DNA of 64,000 bases from the human T2T-CHM13v2.0 reference genome, Homo sapiens: the NCBI RefSeq assembly GCF_009914755.1, contig NC_060932.1. The stretch is one strand, 5' to 3'. Below the pieces are notes generated by a model, which ran no database searches, was not told where the DNA came from, and saw nothing but the letters and a program-made list of their open reading frames with translations. Of the stretch, positions 1 through 15,054 are shown piece by piece; position 1 is the stretch's first letter; every line of letters starts with the position of its first letter. The translations under genes were made by a program, and so were the position numbers.

Positions 1-451
1 AAACACCCCACATCAAGCATAATGCCCTTAATTTCTGGTGTAGGGTATAATGGTATTAAGCGAAAAAGTTGTGCCGTGACACAAGTGTGATGCATTTGAA
101 CAGATGTGCCTTCTTTTCCCTACAGCGTCCACACTAAAAATTTGCTCTGTTATGCTGTCATCTTCTCCTTCTCTGGCACACACTACATTTTTTAAAAATT
201 AGGTTTTACATACATTCTCATGGATGGTTAAACAAATATTTCTCCATGATCATGACCTCACAGGGACTATACACACACACTCACTGAAATGCCAAGTGGA
301 CGAGACCTGCAGGGGCTAACTGGTAGCTCTACAGCTCTGAGAGCATTTCTCTGAAGTCACGGGGACAACAAGGTGGAAACGTCTGTGGTAAAGAGATTGA
401 GTTAAAGATTTTATTTTATTTTTTTCTTTTTCATTAAAAATAGGTTTAACT

Positions 452-1667
<1,216 letters not shown>

Positions 1668-1911
1668 TTTTCTACATGAAATAATTTTCTATATGAAAAT
1701 TGTTCTGCTGAATTTTCATGAGATTTTTTTAAATGATTCATTTGTAATATTACTACCTCCAGGTCACCTCTCTTTTTTTCTGTAGGTCTGGCTAATGACA
1801 TTATCTCTTGCAGACCCAATGTCTAGACCAGTATTGAATAAAGATTGTATTTTAGTGCCAGCTAATTATGCAGTGTTATAGTTTTTTAACATATTCTTGA
1901 AAACCTTGTTA

Positions 1912-2358
<447 letters not shown>

Positions 2359-4455
2359 CTACTAGAATACTTTTCAATTAGATCAATCATATACAAAATC
2401 AAAAAGTAAGAAAAAAATATTACCCAAACTTTCACCTTCATTCAGGAACAAATGAATATTCATTTCCTTCTTTTTCAACCGGTTTCTTTCTGCATTGGGA
2501 GTTTTTAAAAATCATAGGTTAAGAACTCAAATGGTATTTTTGAAAAAGTTTTAGAAATTCAAAATATCTGTTTTTTGTGAACATTTTATGTAAAAGAAGA
2601 ATTATTGACAAACATGACATAGGGAAACAGGCTCATAACTTACTAAACATTCACAGCTCAGTTTAAACAAGCAAACAATTTTCTAATGTTTAAAAAAGTA
2701 CAGCTTTAAGCTAATATTTATTACTGGATATTTGTAAGTACCTAAATATGTGATGCTTTATTATAAATAAACTGAGAGGGATATGCGCACACTTGGTGTG
2801 ATGACTTGTCAGCTGTGTGGACCTCCAGTAGTTCTCAGTACTCATGGAAGGATTCACAAGGCCAGAGGTAAAGGCTATGTGTGAAGAAAAAAACAAAATC
2901 AAAACAGAAAGAAATACTTTCCCTATGTTTAGTATTACATGAAAAGCCCAGCATACATGAAAGAATATATGGTATGTTCACCACATTAGAGACTTTCTCT
3001 ACAATAGAGTGTGTCTCTTCTTTTAGACATATGGGTGATTTTTCTCTTTCATTTTCTACATTTGCCATATGGTCTGTTATAAGTACATTTTACTTTCATA
3101 ATAGAAGAAAGACCACAAATTGTCTCTTCTGTTTCAAACATTTTGCTGAGGTCAGAGAAAATTACTACTTTCCATAAGATAATTTTCTTATTTAAGTTGT
3201 CCTTGGAAATGCATCCAAGTGGTAATTCTAATTGACAAAGAAGTCTCATTCAGTACAGGATTATTTATTTAGGAATTTTGTGCTTCTGTGTCACACAATT
3301 AGCACACAAAGTATTTTTATGTGGTTATTAATCTAGTAACTTTGAGGTAATAATCTTTATACAATTTATATCATTTATAATTTGGCTTTGATTTTCCCTC
3401 TGAATTTTCTTTAATCAATATCAGATAAACAATTTATTTTACAATTTGGTTTTGATTTTCCCTCGGAGTGGTGTTTCTCTTATCAATATTCACTCTTTGA
3501 AAGAATCTGTGGCTTCAGAATGCTGTTAAAATTATAGCACCAAGTACCTAGAAGATATCCCATGGACCCTCTGTACATACTTGGCTGTGTCTTGCATTGT
3601 TACCTCTAATTTTATTAAAAGATATTTAACTGATACTAAATCCTAATGTAAAATCTTCTAAAAGAGCAATTTGACCTGAATAGGGATTCCTGGGCTTTGC
3701 TGGCCAGTACTCTCCCGTTTTCAGAACACGTGGCTGATGCCCCAACCCTCATCATTGTGGGATGGGGGGCAGTTCTCTCTGGCACACCTGTACCCTTGCA
3801 TTTTCACTGAGCAGTCACATGTCCAGATGTGTTGGAAAGTGGACATCCACTGCCATGCACTTTCCTTAGGGTTTCTGGATTTATCTTGGGACTTGTATTT
3901 TGTAAACAATGTATATGCCTTTTGTCTGGCTGGATGAACTGGATATTTCCAAGTGTTTATTTCATTATTTCTTGGCCCCATAGCGGACTGAGACTGAAGT
4001 GTGGTTTTGATATTAGCAGCACCCCACTTCACAGGCCACAATGCAGGCCAGACCGGGCCCCAGAAAGCTGCCCACTTTCACTTTTCCGCTTCATCTTGAG
4101 AGATAATGCAGGTGACCTTTAAAAAATTGTTGCTATGGTTAAAATAACATCATAACAGTGAAACATCAATAGTAAAAAACATCACAATAATGTGATGTTT
4201 ATTTAGCATTTCTGAAATTGTGGAAGTCTGGGATGGGAGAGAGAATAGCCATCAGTTATTTAGGAAGACCTTTGCAGGGGAATTTGCTAAGGGTCTACGG
4301 ATCCCTAGTAATAAAGTCGCGGCTTGCGTTTTTATGGTGCTTTCAAAGTACTTTCCTATATACCATTTCATTTTCACTTTCCTACCCACCTAATAGAGTA
4401 AGAAGGACTGACATTAATCAATTAAAACTCAGAATCCTGGAGCAAAAGAAGGTTT

Positions 4456-4459
<4 letters not shown>

Positions 4460-4486
<27 letters not shown>

Positions 4487-4768
4487 GAGACGGAGTCTCA
4501 CTCTGTTGCCCGGGCTAGAGCGCAGTGGTGCCATCTTGGCTCACTGCAACCTCTGCCTCCCAGGTTCAAGTGATTCTCCTGCCTCAGCCTCCTGAGTAGC
4601 TGGGATTACAGGCGTCCGCCACCATGCCTGGCTAATTTTTGTATTTTTAGTAGAGACGGGGTTTCACCATGTTGGTCAGGCTGGTCTTGATCTCCTGACC
4701 TCAGGTGATCCGCCCACCTGGGTCTCCCAAAATGTAGGGATTACAGGTGTGAGCCACCATGCCCAGCC
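4460..4768 (-). mobile_element. AluS (Sx/Sp-like), full length
   Basis: Poly(T) plus the Alu antisense body ending cccagcc; degenerate TSD agaaggtttgttct / agaagtttccttct. Confidence 0.95.
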
Positions 4769-4789
4769 AGAAGTTTCCTTCTAAATAAG

Positions 4790-4890
4790 ACTAGGGACAT
4801 TGCCTATTTCATTCACGCTGTATCCCCAGTGCCTAGAATGGTGCCTGACAAATATTCAATTTCCCCTAGATCTCTGTTGAATGAAACAAA
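4790..4890 (+). mobile_element. L2 3' end fragment
   Basis: ttcacgctgtatccccagtgcctagaatggtgcctgaca...gttgaatgaa resembles the L2 terminus. Confidence 0.75.
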
Positions 4891-6764
4891 TGAGAGAAAA
4901 AAGCTACCGGGTTTCATAGTCAGGACTAGCATCTCTCCAACCCCCTTACTCCAGAGATTCACATTTCTGATCAGTGTTTCTTTTTTTATATCACATCAAC
5001 TTAATCCTTAGAATGTGAGACTAAATACCAATGAACTTATTTCTTTGAATGACAGACTAAACAAACAGCAAAAGATATTCAGAAATAACATTCTGGGTCA
5101 TCCAAATTTTAACTGGAAAGTTTTTAGCCCTCACTGTGTGGATTTGCCCCTGTGTACTTGTGTGGTTACTAATACACCAAGTGCCCGCTTGCTTAAACTC
5201 GGTTGATATCCAGAGATTCAGTGATGTCAAAGCAGGTTAATAGACACCAAATTGAAGTAAAGATTGGGTGGCTGAGGTACATGAAAAACTAGCAATGAGC
5301 CTCCATCTGCTTACCTACCTACCTTTGAAAATAAATGAGTGATAAACAAAAAGTTTGTAGAATCAGAACTGAGCACTTGTCTAGCTCACATTTACCTGAT
5401 TATTGCCAGTGTATCACTTTATTCGTACTATAAAAATCAATGAATAGGTATTTATGACATAAAATCCAATGCTACAACATGTTGACATTAAAAAAAAGCT
5501 TTATATCTTTATATTTGACTCACAATAAGTGAGTAATATATTCAGAATAGGTAAATGGAAAATTGTTTTTCAAGTTGAAGTAACTAACCCTGTAGAATGT
5601 CTAAGCTGAAGAGACCTTGTTATCTATCAGTGTAATTCACGTGGAGCGCCTCAGGGCTAAGCCGTGCTCAGCTGTAGGGTAGGAACTGATGGAGCTATCA
5701 GAGCTGAAGAAACAGTTTGGTGATAGATATCTGGAGACAGTAGCTAGCTCTTCTCAAAAAAGCAGCCCTAAAATATCCTAAAATTGCTGGTTGCACAAGA
5801 GACAAAAGAACTGATTTTAAAAATGAGAAAAATAAGATAATAAATGCTGCACTAACACTGAGTAGATGTGGAACATTATTTCTGTATTTCAGAGCCAACT
5901 ACTGTTATAAATTATGAATGTTCCTTGTCCCTGAGATGAAAGGATGAGGGCTTCGTGAGGCTGGTCCTGTGGCTGTTTCCCATTGGTGCTTATAGATCTT
6001 TTTATCATCTTGACAAGTATTAAAAGTGAAAGCTTTTTGTGACTCTAATAATAAATTTTTGTAAAATTCATAAAAAATCCATTTTCTGGCTGAAAGGGAA
6101 ATTATGATGATAGTTTTAGGTGTTTTGTGATAGTTTAATATGTTATATATAAAATGTTTTATTTTTATTCTCTTTTCATTAAGAAGAAGCTCTTTAGAGT
6201 AGTATCAGTAGAAGTTATCTTCAAAATACATACTGCTATTCGTTCTAGCTTAGTCAGAAATAAATTTATAACTAGGTTTGGGCAACTTAAAATAAAGGAT
6301 GTTATTCTCAATAATTACTTCAATTAATGACAAAGAGAAACTAGTCAGATTCTGGATACAACCCAGTGGAATAAACCACTTCCTGTCTCTACAAATATCT
6401 TTTTAGAGATAATATAAAAGGATATTATTTATCCGTGGAAAATGCATATGATATATTTCAGCCTGAATACCTCTTTTCCACAGAGGACTTGAATCCTTTC
6501 ACAAAATAGTATGTAAATTATGAATTGCTAAAACGTACATATGTATATATTCCTAAATAAATGTGTGTGCCTGTGTGAGTATGAATAAGACTTGGATATT
6601 AACTTCTTTATATATATCCTATTTTTTCCCAGTAGCATTACATGCATTCTTGACTTAATTTTTTTATTTGGTAATTTCCTGCTAATTATTCTTTCCATAT
6701 CAATCCAGTCTTTTGACTTTTATTTAAGTCTTATGTATTATTTTTCTAATCCTGCCTTTTAAAT

Positions 6765-7295
6765 GATTCAAAAATTTAATGGAATAGGACAATTTTTTTT
6801 TCTAATCTCACACAGTTTCTTTGACTCAGAAATCCCGCAGCATTTTATATGGGTGGTTCTGGCTCAGGGTCTGTCATGGGTTTGCAGGCCAGTTTGTTGG
6901 CCAGAGTCGCTGTCATCTGAAAGCTTGACTGGGGCAGGAGGATGTGTTTCCAAGAAAGCCCACCCAGATGACTGTTGGACAAAAGCCTCAGTTCCTTTTT
7001 GGCTGTTGGTTGGAGGGCTCAGTTTCTTGCCACTGGGTTCTCCCCTTAGGGCTTCTCATGACATGACATCTAATTTTTCCCAGGATGAGTGATTTAAGAG
7101 ATAGAGAGAGTGAGAAGATTACATTGCCTTTTATGACCTAGACATTGCAGTCTCACAGTATATCTTCAACTTTATTCTGTTCATTAGAAGTTAGTGACTA
7201 AGTTCAACCTACACTCAACAAAAGAAAATTAGACCCAACCGCTGCTTTCAGTGGGGATGTCAGAAAATATGTTGACTTTTTATACACCATTACAT
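6765..7295 (-). mobile_element. Old MaLR solo LTR (MLT1 family)
   Basis: gggtggttctggctcagggtct...tcatctgaaagcttgactggggcaggaggat...ttttatgacctag resembles antisense MLT1. Confidence 0.7.
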
Positions 7296-9223
7296 CTTCT
7301 AAGATTTTTTTTAGTCAAGTAACAATCAAAGCCCAGGATTTCTTTCTTTTAGTCAACATCAGTCTTATGCCATACTTTCTAAATAAAATTACTGTCTTCT
7401 AGGGTGTTAAAATAGAACTTGAAATTCACTACTCAGATTAAGTAAAGGAAATGGAGTGTATCTCTCTACTTCTCCTGCTCCATACCTATTGACATTCAAA
7501 ATACTAAATTAAAAATGAATGCATACCTATGGTTCTAGAGTAGAAGAAAAGGTCTCATAAGTGGACCAGTAGTTAGGGGACAAGTTTGGAATGCAGATAG
7601 TACAACATTCAAAGAGCTGAATAAAGCATAGCACAAAAGGTGGTTCAGATACAACAGCAAGTTATCCCTAATGCTCTAATTCAGGAGAAGCCCTTAAAAC
7701 AAAGGACCTAACCTTCCTACGGGCCAGCTACCTATGCTAATCAGTCTTTTTCCCATATTGTACAAAGACAATGAAATATGAAACATTTTGGAAAGCTATT
7801 GGTATGACATATAAAAACAGAAGTGAACACAGAGAAATTATTCTAAAGGAAAAAGATAATTCAGACAATTCTTTGAGGATTTTCAATTTTCTACTCATTC
7901 AGAGATGCATTTTATTCACTATTAGTTTTGTAGTGGGAAGTTATTCCAAGTATCTATTCCACTATTTTGCCAGAAATTGTAGTGTAAAGAATTTCATAAA
8001 TATAAAAAAATCTAACTCATTCTCAAATTTATTATGAATTAGTGTCATCTATTGGATGAGGGCTGAGGTCTGCACTGAAAGCAGAATTCAGGGCCAGAGA
8101 AACAGAAGAAATATTTAAAATCATTTTAAAATGTAGCAAATGATCTGACCAAAGTAGTCAGATTCCGAGCCAGGGCACAGGTTGAACGGACAGTAAAAGC
8201 CAGCAAGCTGACTGACACAGAGCTCTTGTAAACTTAGTGGACATCCGGTTGCCTGCCTTTGTAAAGATGGCTGCAAGGGCTGTGCCCTTTCTGCTTGATT
8301 TAGCTGGCTAACCTAGGCCTCCAGTGAGATATTATTAGAAATTCATAATAATTTCACCACTCATACTTAGAAGAATTCTGAGAAGTAATTCTCTAGCAAA
8401 CTCCAAGTCAGTTTTGGTTTTAATTTTCAAAGTGGAGAAGTGAATTTCTATTGAAAGAATGCCACATATGGCATTATAGAAACACAGAAAACCCTTACCT
8501 CCTCTATTTCTTTTACGTTTGACTGGCCCAGTTATAAGGAAATGGTTGGTTTTAGCTGGCAATTGCCTTGTGGAAAAGTGACGACCCATAGGGCATTTTT
8601 GGCCTAAATTTTGCTTTGAAATTTTTTGCCTTATTTCTGATTTCTGCATGTCTTTTTTTTTTTTTTGTTACTTTTCCATTTTCATTAAAATATGCTATAC
8701 CCTGCCACAAAAAGTGTAGCTGTCAATCTATAAAATAGTACAATTTCAGTAATCGTGTCTGGTATTTTAAATTGAGAACCATAAAAAAATATTATTATTA
8801 TGGCTCTGAAGAATATATAACTCCTCAGGAAACATCATAAAAAAGAATTCAGAGTGTGTGTCACCCCCAGAAAGGAAGGAAGGGAGGCAGAGAGGGAGAG
8901 AGAAAAAGCTTACTAGATCATTTTAAGTTCCAGAAAATGTAATGAAAGGAGAATCAAAATTTTTAGTTTAAGAGAAAAAAACGTTAGTTTCATGAAGATT
9001 ATTATTTGTTTTTCCTTGTTCATGCCCTTTTTTCTTTAACCTTTTTTTTTTAAACAGAAGATATTTACATCATTAGGTCTAGTTCCTAATAATTCATGAA
9101 AACAATGAGATCCCTGGTAAACATTTTTTGTCAACATAAAACATAGAAACGTATGTTTAGAGTTGAAGCCAGAAAATTTTTATGCATCTATTTGGTGCTT
9201 GCTTTTAAAAATATAACCTACTT

Positions 9224-9640
9224 CATTGTTGGACATTTAGGTTGGTTCCAAGTCTTTGCTATTGTGAATAGTGCCGCTATAAATATACGTGTGCATGTGT
9301 CTTTATAGCAGCATGATTTGAAACCATCATTCTCAACAAACTATCGCAAGGACAAAAAACCAAACACCGCATGTTCTCACTCATAGGTGGAAATTGAACA
9401 ATGAGAACACATGGACACAGGAAGGGGAACATCACACACTGGGGACTGTTGTGGGGTGGGGGAAGCGAGGAGGGATAGCATTAGGAGATATACCTAATGC
9501 TAAATGACGAGTTAATGGGTGCAGCACACCAACATGGCACATGTATACATATGTAACAAACCTGCACGTTGTGCACATGTACCCTAAAACTTAAAGTCTA
9601 ATAATAATAAATTAAAAAAAAACATTTTACCAAAAAAAAA
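9224..9640 (+). mobile_element. Young 5'-truncated, 5'-inverted L1PA (about L1PA3)
   Basis: 9224-9319 antisense L1 ORF2 end; 9320-9622 sense 3' UTR and tail; TSD atataac(c/a)tacttcat at 9211-9226 and 9642-9657. Confidence 0.95.
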
Positions 9641-9789
9641 TATATAACATACTTCATCCTTTGTTTTTTTCCTTGCATAATACATCAGCAATGTGTAAAA
9701 GAAGTCTGAATTAAAGGAATGTTATGTCTACATTGTGGGCCCTTGTCACAGTAGCCAAACAACATAATACTTGCATTTAATTCTGCATA

Positions 9790-10230
9790 CTATGTTTTGA
9801 AGAGAAAGTTGACAAATTAGGGAATATCCAGAGGACAAAATATTGTGCAGACTCTATAAATTACCTCATACAAGGAACAGGTGAAAGAACTGGGGTTGTT
9901 CAGCCTAAAGGGGAATAGAATATGTAAACTATCTTTAGAGATTGAAAGTCTTTTTGGGGTGGGGTGTATATTTGTGATTATAGTAGCAGAATGTGAAGTA
10001 TATTTGTGTAGAAAGGTAGACTGGAATTAATTTGAGTAGCTCCACAGGCAAAATTGGGAACAAAAGGAAGATTATGAAGTAGATGTGGACTCAAGATAAA
10101 AAAAAAAAAGAATTATCAAATCATTGGAATAATGCCACAATGGGGATCCCTTGTGCAACAGCGGGTCCCCATAATCTGAATCAAAGGCAGATGATCATCT
10201 ATCAGAAATGCTGCAGAAAGAGTTTTATGA
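9790..10230 (+). mobile_element. Ancient L3/CR1 fragment
   Basis: gacaaattagggaatatccagagg...gaaagaactggggttgttcagcct resembles CR1/L3 RT 3' region. Confidence 0.5.
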
Positions 10231-10576
10231 ATCTATAAAGGACTTTGGGTAAAATGATTCTATGGGTTATTTAAAACCCACAGTTACAGTTGAGGTCAGT
10301 CCTTGCAACTTAGAAAAGATTTAGTGACTGTACAGAAAATACAAAGAAGAACAACTAGAATGACTAAAGACAGGAGGGGCTCCTTATAATAACATACCAA
10401 AAATATTAGAAGTCTCATCTGAAAAGTTAAAGATATGATTCAAAGTTTCAAAAAAATTAGTTTGTTTACATTAATATTAAGGAAGACTTTGTAACACATT
10501 TACCCTTTAATCCACATTTTTAAAAATCAAGGCAACATCTAGTTTTAGAAATAAAAGCAACCAAAGAATGAGTCAC

Positions 10577-10992
10577 TGTGTTAGTCCATTCTTGCAATGT
10601 TATAAAGAGATAACTGAGGCTGGGTAATTTACAAAGAAAAGAGGTTTAATTGGTTTAGTTTCTGCAGGCTGTACAGGAAGCATGGTGCCAGCATCTGCTT
10701 CTGGGGAGGCCTCAGGAAGCCTACAATCAAGGCGGAAGGTAAAGGGGGAGCAACACATCACATGGTGAGAGCAGGGAGCAAGAGAGAGATAGTGGGGTGG
10801 GAACACTTTAAGAAACCAGGTCTCACGTGAACTCACTGAGTGAGAGCTCACTCCTCACCAAGAGGATAGTTCTGAGCCATTCATGAGGGATCCTCCCTCA
10901 TGATCCAATCACCTGCAACCAGGTCCCACCCCCAACATTGGAATCACTTTTCAGCATGAGATTTGGAGGGGGCAAACATCTAAACCATATCA
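10577..10992 (-). mobile_element. MSTA/MSTB solo LTR
   Basis: TG...CA ends; gctgggtaatttacaaagaaaagaggtttaattgg; 5-bp TSD gtcac / gccac. Confidence 0.9.
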
Positions 10993-11049
10993 GCCACAGT
11001 GTTGTTGATGTGGGTCTGGTATAAAAGACTGACGAGAGCTCCTCATAGA

Positions 11050-11610
11050 CCTCCTGTCTCTCTCTGTTTCCACTAATCATACACACTCACGGCAGATTAA
11101 TCTTCCTAAGGCCTTCAGCTTAGTCCTACTGGAGTCACTTTCCTGTTCAGAATCCTTCAGTGTCTTCTGAGTTCATACCAACCAAGTTCAAATTCAGTGT
11201 CTTCCATGGTCTGATATATATCAACTATATACCCAGACCCACTGTCAACTTTTTATGTATCAGCCAGATGCCTTGAACTTTCCAAATTTCATGTCTCAGT
11301 TTTGAATATTCCCATCTACTGGCATAGCTTTCTTTCACATCTGCAATTGTCCACCTCCTACCTACTCTTTGAGACCCTAGCTCAAATGCTGTCATCTCCA
11401 CAGAGCTCTCCTGATCTCCCAGATAGAAATAACCTCCCCTTCTAAACTACAAACACATTCTATATCTTTTTAATTTCACTTTAATTTTTTACACTCAGGT
11501 TATGTAAGTACATGTTCTAGTCCACCTCCTGAACTCCTACAAGCAAAAGCCAGCTCTTATGATTCCATGATCCCCATAGGGCCTTCTGTATGTCTCAATG
11601 AATGAATGTT
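11050..11610 (+). mobile_element. Degenerate L2 fragment(s)
   Basis: agctcaaatgctgtcatctccacagagctctcctgatc and a terminal aatgaatgaat. Confidence 0.55.
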
Positions 11611-11896
11611 TTGCCATACCCAATAATTACCAGAAATGCCACTCAGTCCCAAGGATAATTCAACCTGCTGCATCATTCATGCAGGGTTGACACAGGATTC
11701 TAGCAAGGAAAGATGGCACCAGCCCTGTGAGCAGATTACAGACCCGCTCAATTGCAGCCTTGAGCGCTCATATGGATTGCTTTTTTTACTTGTATTTCTT
11801 TTCTCCTCTTGTCTTTATATTACATTTGTAGTTTCCAGGAAGCTGGGCAGAGGCACCCAAATTGAATATTATATCTACAAGCATATTTTCCTTCAA

Positions 11897-12220
11897 TTTT
11901 TTTTGTTTTCTTTTTTTTTTTTTTTTTCTGCGACAGGGTCTCACTCTGTTGTGCAGGCTAGAGTACAGTGCAGTGCAGTGAACTGATCATAGTTCACTGC
12001 AGCCTATAATTCCTGGGCTCAAGCAAGCAGACCTCTCACTTCAACCTCCTGAGTAGCTGGGACTACAGGTGCATGCAACCAAACTTGGCTATTTAAAAAA
12101 ATTTCTTATAGACATGGGCTCTTGCTATGTTGCCAGGCTGGTCCTGAACTCCTGGCCTCAAGTCACTCTCTAGCTTTGGCCTTCCAAAGTTCTAGGATTG
12201 CAAGTGTGAGCTACTGTGCC
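11897..12220 (-). mobile_element. AluJ
   Basis: T-rich tail; gacagggtctcactctg...tcctgggctcaagc...ctcctggcctcaagt; highly diverged. Confidence 0.9.
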
Positions 12221-12632
12221 TCTCTCCTTCAAATTTCTTGATGAGTCATTGAGTGAAAACGCTTTCTAGCCTGCCCCACCCACACCAACACCCCCCATGT
12301 ACAACAATCCTTTTTAACTGGCCATTTTATTTTATTTCCTTTCTTTCTTTCTTCCCCGCCTCCCCAGGTTGATGTATTTAACCAACACTTTTCCCAACAA
12401 TTACTTCTCAATTTACTCTACTTTGGTGATTTTATTTTCTCCCATCTTATCAAAACCACCTCTATTAACAAGCCAATCTTTTAAGCAAACGTATTTGAAT
12501 ATTCTTAATGATTCTTCTCTCATACATCTTTATCAGTAGATGCACCAGACTTAAAGTTTATGGTGCAATGAAAACAATTTTATGAACAAAAAGCTACAGA
12601 ATAAATGTTGGTGATGATATTGATGATATGTA

Positions 12633-12703
12633 TTTTTTTTTTTTTGAGACGTAGTCTCGCACTGTCACCCAGGCTGGAGTGCAGTGGCGTGATCTCGGCT
12701 CAC
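12633..12703 (-). mobile_element. Severely 5'-truncated Alu with its own TSD
   Basis: T13 plus about 58 bp of the Alu 3' end; TSD atgata(t/c)gtatt at 12623-12634 and 12705-12716. Confidence 0.9.
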
Positions 12704-14464
12704 AATGATACGTATTCTTAAAGGAATTTCATTACAGTTTTTCTTTCATACTGCCTTTAATTTGTTCTTGTTTGAATGTGATATACTATGTGACAAAATT
12801 GTATGTTGCCACTTTTTAACAATTGCTTATAGGATAAACAAAAACATTTTTAATTAATTCAGATTTCTGGCTTCCAAATTATGTTTACATAAAAATATAA
12901 TATTTAAATTTTAACATCAAGCACTGGAGATTTCTACCTCTTTATTGTCTGTTTTCAAAGTTATTCCTATAGATAGTAAACTTAGTTGGAGCCACTGCTC
13001 GCTGTTTCCAAAAGAGAATTGAAAACCTGAGGGTGACACTCATAAGATTGGCATGTCATTTCAAAGCTGGTGGGTTTAAGACACATCTAGGCATGAATCA
13101 CGTGGGCTGTCCAGGTGCTTATTTGCACATGGGACCAAAAAGCATCCCAAGAAAACACTCAACATGAAGGAAGGAGTCAACTCCATTAGTCTAAGCCTAT
13201 TAAAATGTTTTCAGTAACTGGAAGGGAGAGAAAACTTCTCAATTTGGATGATGCCTATCAACTAGATTTGTCTTCCAAAATGCAAAGGAGTGGATTCTAT
13301 GGAAAACAGAGAACTATAAAACAAACAAGCAAACAAAACAAACAAACAAAAAAACAGAAGAACAATTTCGGTGGAATATCTACAGCAGCTTCTTCTCCAC
13401 CCACATAATCATGGACATTGTCTCATGAGCTTCCAAGCATCTTGGGTCCTGGGACCCCGCAGAACCTTAGTGTTCTAGGGAGCACTCTCAGTACCAGAGA
13501 TAGCAGATTTGTGCAGTACATTTGAAACTTCCAAGGAATACCAGGGTGACATTTCAAATACATTAGCTAGGGTGAGAACCAGTGACATTAGGTCACCACT
13601 CTTAATGGGGCCCCACCTGTGCTCACTGGCTGGTGAAAGGTAAGGATACTCAGGTTTCACAGAATGTTACTTGTAATCTACTCAATGCCCTGAGGCAACA
13701 GGAAAATGAATAAAGCACGCACATATATACATACAACTCTCAGATTATGTATTACATTTTTGTGCCTTCTCATCTCACCTTTGAGACCTTCCTTGATAAT
13801 CATCGAAACCATTTAGGTAAAAAATTAGAAATTGGAAAGGCGAGTGACCTAGTCTTCTCTGGGCCCTGTGCTCCTTAAAATGCATATACCCTTACAACAC
13901 AGCTTTGTTGCAGGGGTAAACATGGAATAATGTCTTTCTTTTACAAATGCAGCAGAGTATAAATAATTCAACAGTAAAACCTAATGTACTTCTAACAGTG
14001 TTTTTATTCTGTATTCAATATAGTCACTAAATTCAGTAGCAGGGGGTAAAATTTACAGCTGTACTTTCTTATAAGCACTGTCCTAGGTACCACCAAAGAA
14101 CCATTGCTGACAGTCAGATGGAATCAATATTCACAGAAAGGTTTTTTGGGGTAGCTCAGGGCTTCAGACACAGATGTCCAAATCAGGGACTAGGGAATGG
14201 CATTTTTGGTTATTGCTGTTATGCTGTTGAGCAATAGTCATGTTCTCATTCCAGCTTTTGATGATGTTTCTCTCTGGGCCTTCTGTAAAGAGCCAGTTGG
14301 TGCTAATAACTCAGAAAAGGTATAAACATTTCTGAGAACTGCATTTTGGCTCTGAAGTAGGCTTTGCACTGTCTCATCTGTAATCAGTGTTTGTGGCCCA
14401 GATGGAACTATGACAACCAGTTATAGCTAAAAGATGACCAAGAAAGGCAGCCATAAGTATAGAG

Positions 14465-14632
14465 TAGTGCTTTTCAAACTGTAATGTGCACAGAAACCAG
14501 GTTGGGAGTTCTTGTTGACACACAGATTCTGTCTTAGTGAGTTGGGGTTGAGCCCAATAATTTGCATTTCTAACTATCTCTCAGGTGACCGTGATGGTGA
14601 TGCTAGTTCAAGAAGAGCAATTTGAGTAGCAA
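14465..14632. mobile_element. MER5-family hAT-Charlie element
   Basis: agtgcttttcaaactg...tttgcatttctaac...tttgagtagca. Confidence 0.75.
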
Positions 14633-15008
14633 GCATCTAAGATAGCACCTTGCATGCCAAACTAAGAAGCCTGGAGCAATTGCTCTATGGGAAAACAAAT
14701 TACAAAAAAGTTTTAAGATGAAAAACAACATGACCAATTTAATATTTGAGGTAGATCAAGGTCTGCACCAAGTAAAGCACTGTGATTGATACAGGGAAAC
14801 AAAAGAAATTCAATAATTTGGTCTCTGCCTTACAAAGAGATTGCCCCCTTGTAAATAGCAAAGGACATTGGGCATTGATATTTTATTGTAACCCGAATGT
14901 ACCACCTCTCCACAGGCTCAGATAACATCAGATAAACTTTCTTCCTTAGATTTCATGGGCCGTGGTTCTGACTTACATAGTTGCAGCACTTCGAGCCTTA
15001 CCTCCTGC

Positions 15009-15054
15009 TCCCATCATTTCCGGGGGTCTCCCGTCATTTCCAGGGGTCTCCCGT
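15009..15054. repeat. 20-bp tandem duplication
   Basis: tcatttccgggggtctcccg followed by tcatttccaggggtctcccg (19/20 identical). Confidence 0.9.
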
